From contig QPMI01000421.1 of the NCBI GenBank assembly GCA_004431415.1, forward strand, positions 1-36,969: 36,969 nucleotides of DNA, in the 5' to 3' direction. Below are positions 33,848 to 36,969 of the stretch, in pieces. The notes below the pieces were generated by a model. It was not told the origin of the DNA. It worked only from the letters and a program-made list of their open reading frames with translations, and ran no database searches. A program made the translations under genes and the position numbers. The stretch comes from Cyanophora paradoxa CCMP329 (taxonomy: Eukaryota; Plantae; Glaucophyta). Every line of letters begins with the position of its first letter. Within the stretch, counting starts at the first letter, position 1.

Positions 33848-36800
33848 TTAAACCTGTTTATTTTTTGCTGCAATTGCACCGTGATGCACGAGCTGGCAAT
33901 TGTCTTTAAGATGTGGGCGCCTGTTGTTTATGCGATCCACGACGAGCTTGTAATTCGGATCTTGTGGCTCAGTCGAATAGGAAGGGAACAGAGCGCACAG
34001 GCGCCCTTCTGTTGCTTCTTGCGCTCTAATATCCACTCCGGCGTAATATAATCCGCCTCATCGAAATCGCGCCCGGCACGCTGATCCTGGCATTTGTAAC
34101 CGCGGATCTTCCCTTTCAGATACTCGATGTAGTCACTCTTTCCTTGGAACTTGTGAATCGGTGTATAAATCAGCACAGTAGACAGATCGCGGTTACGAGT
34201 GAGCGCGGTATAGAACCATTCGCGAGTGGTATAGCGGAACGTAGCCTCACAAATGACAATGCCCGAATCAAGTGTGAGACCTTGCGTTGAATGACCTGTT
34301 CCTGCATAAGGAGAGAAAAATGTTCTAACATCGCGCACGGAACCTCAAACGTGACACCATCGAAAACGTCCGTTAATGTGACCATTTGCTTTGTGATTTT
34401 GGTGATTCGATAGGTGTAATTCGTGTATGCGTTTATAGACTCGCCCTCAGACCGCGAAATGCGTAGATACTTGCGGCAAACGACTTCCAAACCCTTGTAG
34501 AATTGATGCCATTGACCTCTACGGTTGGGATATTTACTTTGCGTCTATCGTGCATCAGTTTGTTGTAGGCTAAGGTCATTTCGTTTCTGTAAGCGATGCC
34601 AAAGTAGCCGTCGGGATAGCGCTTAGATCATTAATTGTCGGCAACCCGTATTTCGAGATAATCTGTGCGGCTTCCAGTCCGTTCTCGAAGAGATCCTCTT
34701 TAATCGCCCGAATTAATTCACGGTCTGTCTCCTTCTTGTCCGCTTGTTAATGCGTAGACTCAGGACGTTAGGGAACATGCTCTGCACAGCGCGCTTATAG
34801 TAGCCTTGCGATCAGAAACCGATAGCTCATCATTAATCGGTTCGTTCTGATAGGTATCGCCATTAGCCAAATATTTGATATCCGGATAGCGATCGATAAA
34901 CGACTTGATCTTAGCGAGATCTTTTACGGAATACGCGAATATCTCGTCGAACATAATGTGACTGAACTCGGAGACGAACGCCCTCTGGTCTTTTTCGCTC
35001 ATAGCCTCTTCGTAGGTCTGATCATTTGAGACACGGATCCCGAGAACATTATATAAAGTACGAACGGTAATATTCTCGATTCCGCGGACTTTGAGAGAGT
35101 CCCTCAGCTCCGCGCACTGTTTGTTATAGGGGCAAATAACTAAGCAATTCGACTTTTGAGATGCGAAACAGTTAATACCGAGTGTCGACTTTCCACTTCC
35201 GGCATGTCAGCAAGGACAAGCATACGATTATGGAGCTTCGCAACCCAATAAAGCACTTCCGGATTAAATTCGTCCCTCAGCGAGAACCGGTTAATGAGTG
35301 TCTCGGGATCCTTGAAATTCGAGAGTTACACCCCGTGGTGGGCGGAGTGCATTCTCAGGGCATCTTTTCCCGGGAATATAGCTGAATTTGCCCATGTTCT
35401 CAAACGCATTTCGGTCGAACTCTTTCTTACTTGTCCATGAACCTTCGATATATAGGCAATCCGTTCTGATCCCGGCAACCTTGTGCCCGCGCGCTGTCAG
35501 GCGCTTGTATTGCGCAAACATATTGGCACGGTTGCGATCGTAAATATGAAAGTGGATAGGAAGGAATCCGTTAACGAGCTCGCGGTGGGAGCTGATCTTA
35601 ACGAAATAGATGTGACCTTCGAATTCGCTAAGAGTTTTGACACGTTTCGAATTCTTAGGATTGAAAGTAAACACCTCTACTGTTCCTCCGCATTCTTGGG
35701 CGAACCTCTCAGCCTCGGCACGGTTGTAGAACATTTTCGTGGATGTTTGCGAGTCTTGGAATTTGCCGAGCATTCCGATCTCTTTCACTAAAATGTGCTT
35801 CTTATCTGTGGTTTGAATGTCACTTGAAAGTACTTTCTTCATCTCCGAGATCGAAGTATTGGGCACCAAATGCGAAGGCTCCGCGACCGCGATAATCTCT
35901 ATCTTGTCCTTTACGTCCGCCCAATGCATGGAGAGAGTGTAGCCTGTCATGAAATTATAACAGCGACCACTCACGGAAAATGCGCGATCCAGAATAATTT
36001 CGATTCCATCAATCTTGCGAGACATGGCGGCATCATAATCAATATCCTCTCGTCGGCGAAAGTCGCTTGCTCTCTCTCAAACGCAACGACACGCACGTAG
36101 TAGATCGCGTATTCGAGAATATCGCTTCCCGCTTTAAAGGGAACGAAGTCATCAAACACATTGTATTTCGGAAGATATTGCATGCCTTTCAGTATCGAAG
36201 GGTAGCACTTCGCCATATCGACAGCTGTGTAGGTGGCTTTCGGGTTCGGCTTATAGAAAAAGCCGCTTAGTGCGGATCGCTTGTAGTGCGTGAGAATTTC
36301 GCGCATGTTCGGGCTGTAATGTGAGATATTCGTCGCATTTAGAAGCGACTCGCGGAATCCCTTCCCGATTTCACAGACCTTATTATAATACTCCTCTGTT
36401 TCGAAATCTTGCTCAATAAAGTGGTCTGTTGTGCGTGGATCTTTGATAGAGAACATCGAGCCATTAGCTTTGAATGTGATGCTGTCGATCTGTTTCGATG
36501 GTGTTAGCTTCACTGCGGGTTCATATCGCATTTTCAGGAACGTAAATAGAAGACCTTCCAGACCTTCGCGCCCAGTATACAGAATGCGGATGAAACTGCG
36601 CTCGTCGGGCGATAGTTTTAAGTTGCGTGATCTTTAACAAATCCTTGGATGTGTGCGCGAAGATATCGTGAGTAAGACACGTCGGAATTTTATAGAGTGC
36701 TAACGAAGAGGTCGACTTAGGAACATGATTATCGAGCTCTTCGACCTCCATCTTTGCCATGCGCATTTCGAGCGACTTGATGTTATCGTTGAATATATAG

Positions 36801-36969
36801 ATGTGCTTGTTGTGAATCATAAAGTGAATATTGCGGGGAAAGATGTTTTTGTTAATTGATTCGCCGCGAATTTGTGTATTAACTTTCCGTCGACATCAAA
36901 GACGCGGAAGCCTGTCTGAATTCTCTTACAGAATTTCTCGATATGGCGGAGGGTGAGAGCCAGAGAGTC
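33848..36969 (-). CDS. Fused replicase: family-B DNA polymerase core + SF1 (RecD/Pif1-like) helicase + C-terminal HNH/EndoVII-like zinc nuclease; 5' end outside the window, many frameshifts
   Basis: PolB motifs VDMAKCYPSIL (~36210), KHILVKEIGMLGK and GIRTDCLYI (~35460). Helicase motifs ADMP(G)SGKST (~35195, across a shift), ICPYN, IMFDEIF, NGDTYQNEPI, HSTQGLT and WFYTALTR. Then YKCQDQRAGR...CALC...DRINNRRPHLKDNCQL. Confidence 0.8.

Larger units (their letters stand above)
29551..36969. mobile_element. Polinton/Maverick- or PLV-like endogenous element (left part only; runs off the window)
   Basis: Sharp drop in GC; intronless, compact genes; Polinton-type rve integrase next to a family-B polymerase/helicase; tandem arrays near the inferred end. 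No capsid or packaging ATPase genes within the window. The left boundary is inferred from LRR truncation and composition. Confidence 0.8.

Noticed and set aside
29551-36969. Helitron or LTR retrotransposon
   Set aside because: No HUH Rep motifs or CTRR end next to the hairpin, and no reverse transcriptase, gag or LTRs; the integrase and PolB motifs point to a Polinton/PLV-like element.
29551-36969. Bacterial contamination
   Set aside because: The Polinton-type integrase and gene set fit a eukaryotic virus-like element contiguous with a host LRR gene; a chimeric join cannot be fully excluded without reads.

Overview
Eukaryotic DNA from a very GC-rich, intron-dense genome (protist/alga-like; taxon not assignable from sequence alone). 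Most ORFs in the supplied track are GC-driven artefacts, and the real genes are spliced. From left to right: (1) a non-autonomous hAT DNA transposon (75-3264; 19-bp TIRs, 8-bp TSD) filled with tandem repeats; (2) host genes for a low-complexity coiled-coil protein, a protein with a duplicated unnamed ~50-aa domain plus a C-terminal SAM-like domain, a secreted LamG-like protein, VPS26, and DEPDC5/IML1 (head-to-head with VPS26, apparently lacking DEP and carrying a pseudo-receiver insertion); (3) a spliced LRR-TIR gene with an upstream LRR block cut off at ~29550; (4) from ~29550 to the window end, an AT-richer, intronless Polinton/PLV-like endogenous element. That element carries a double zinc-ribbon gene, two structured repeat arrays, a prokaryotic/viral-type S-adenosylmethionine decarboxylase, a tandem DUF5710-like protein, an rve integrase and a PolB-SF1 helicase-HNH fusion replicase. 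Nearly all its genes are broken by single-base indels. GC-AG introns are unusually frequent in the host genes. All gene models and domain calls are manual readings without database searches.
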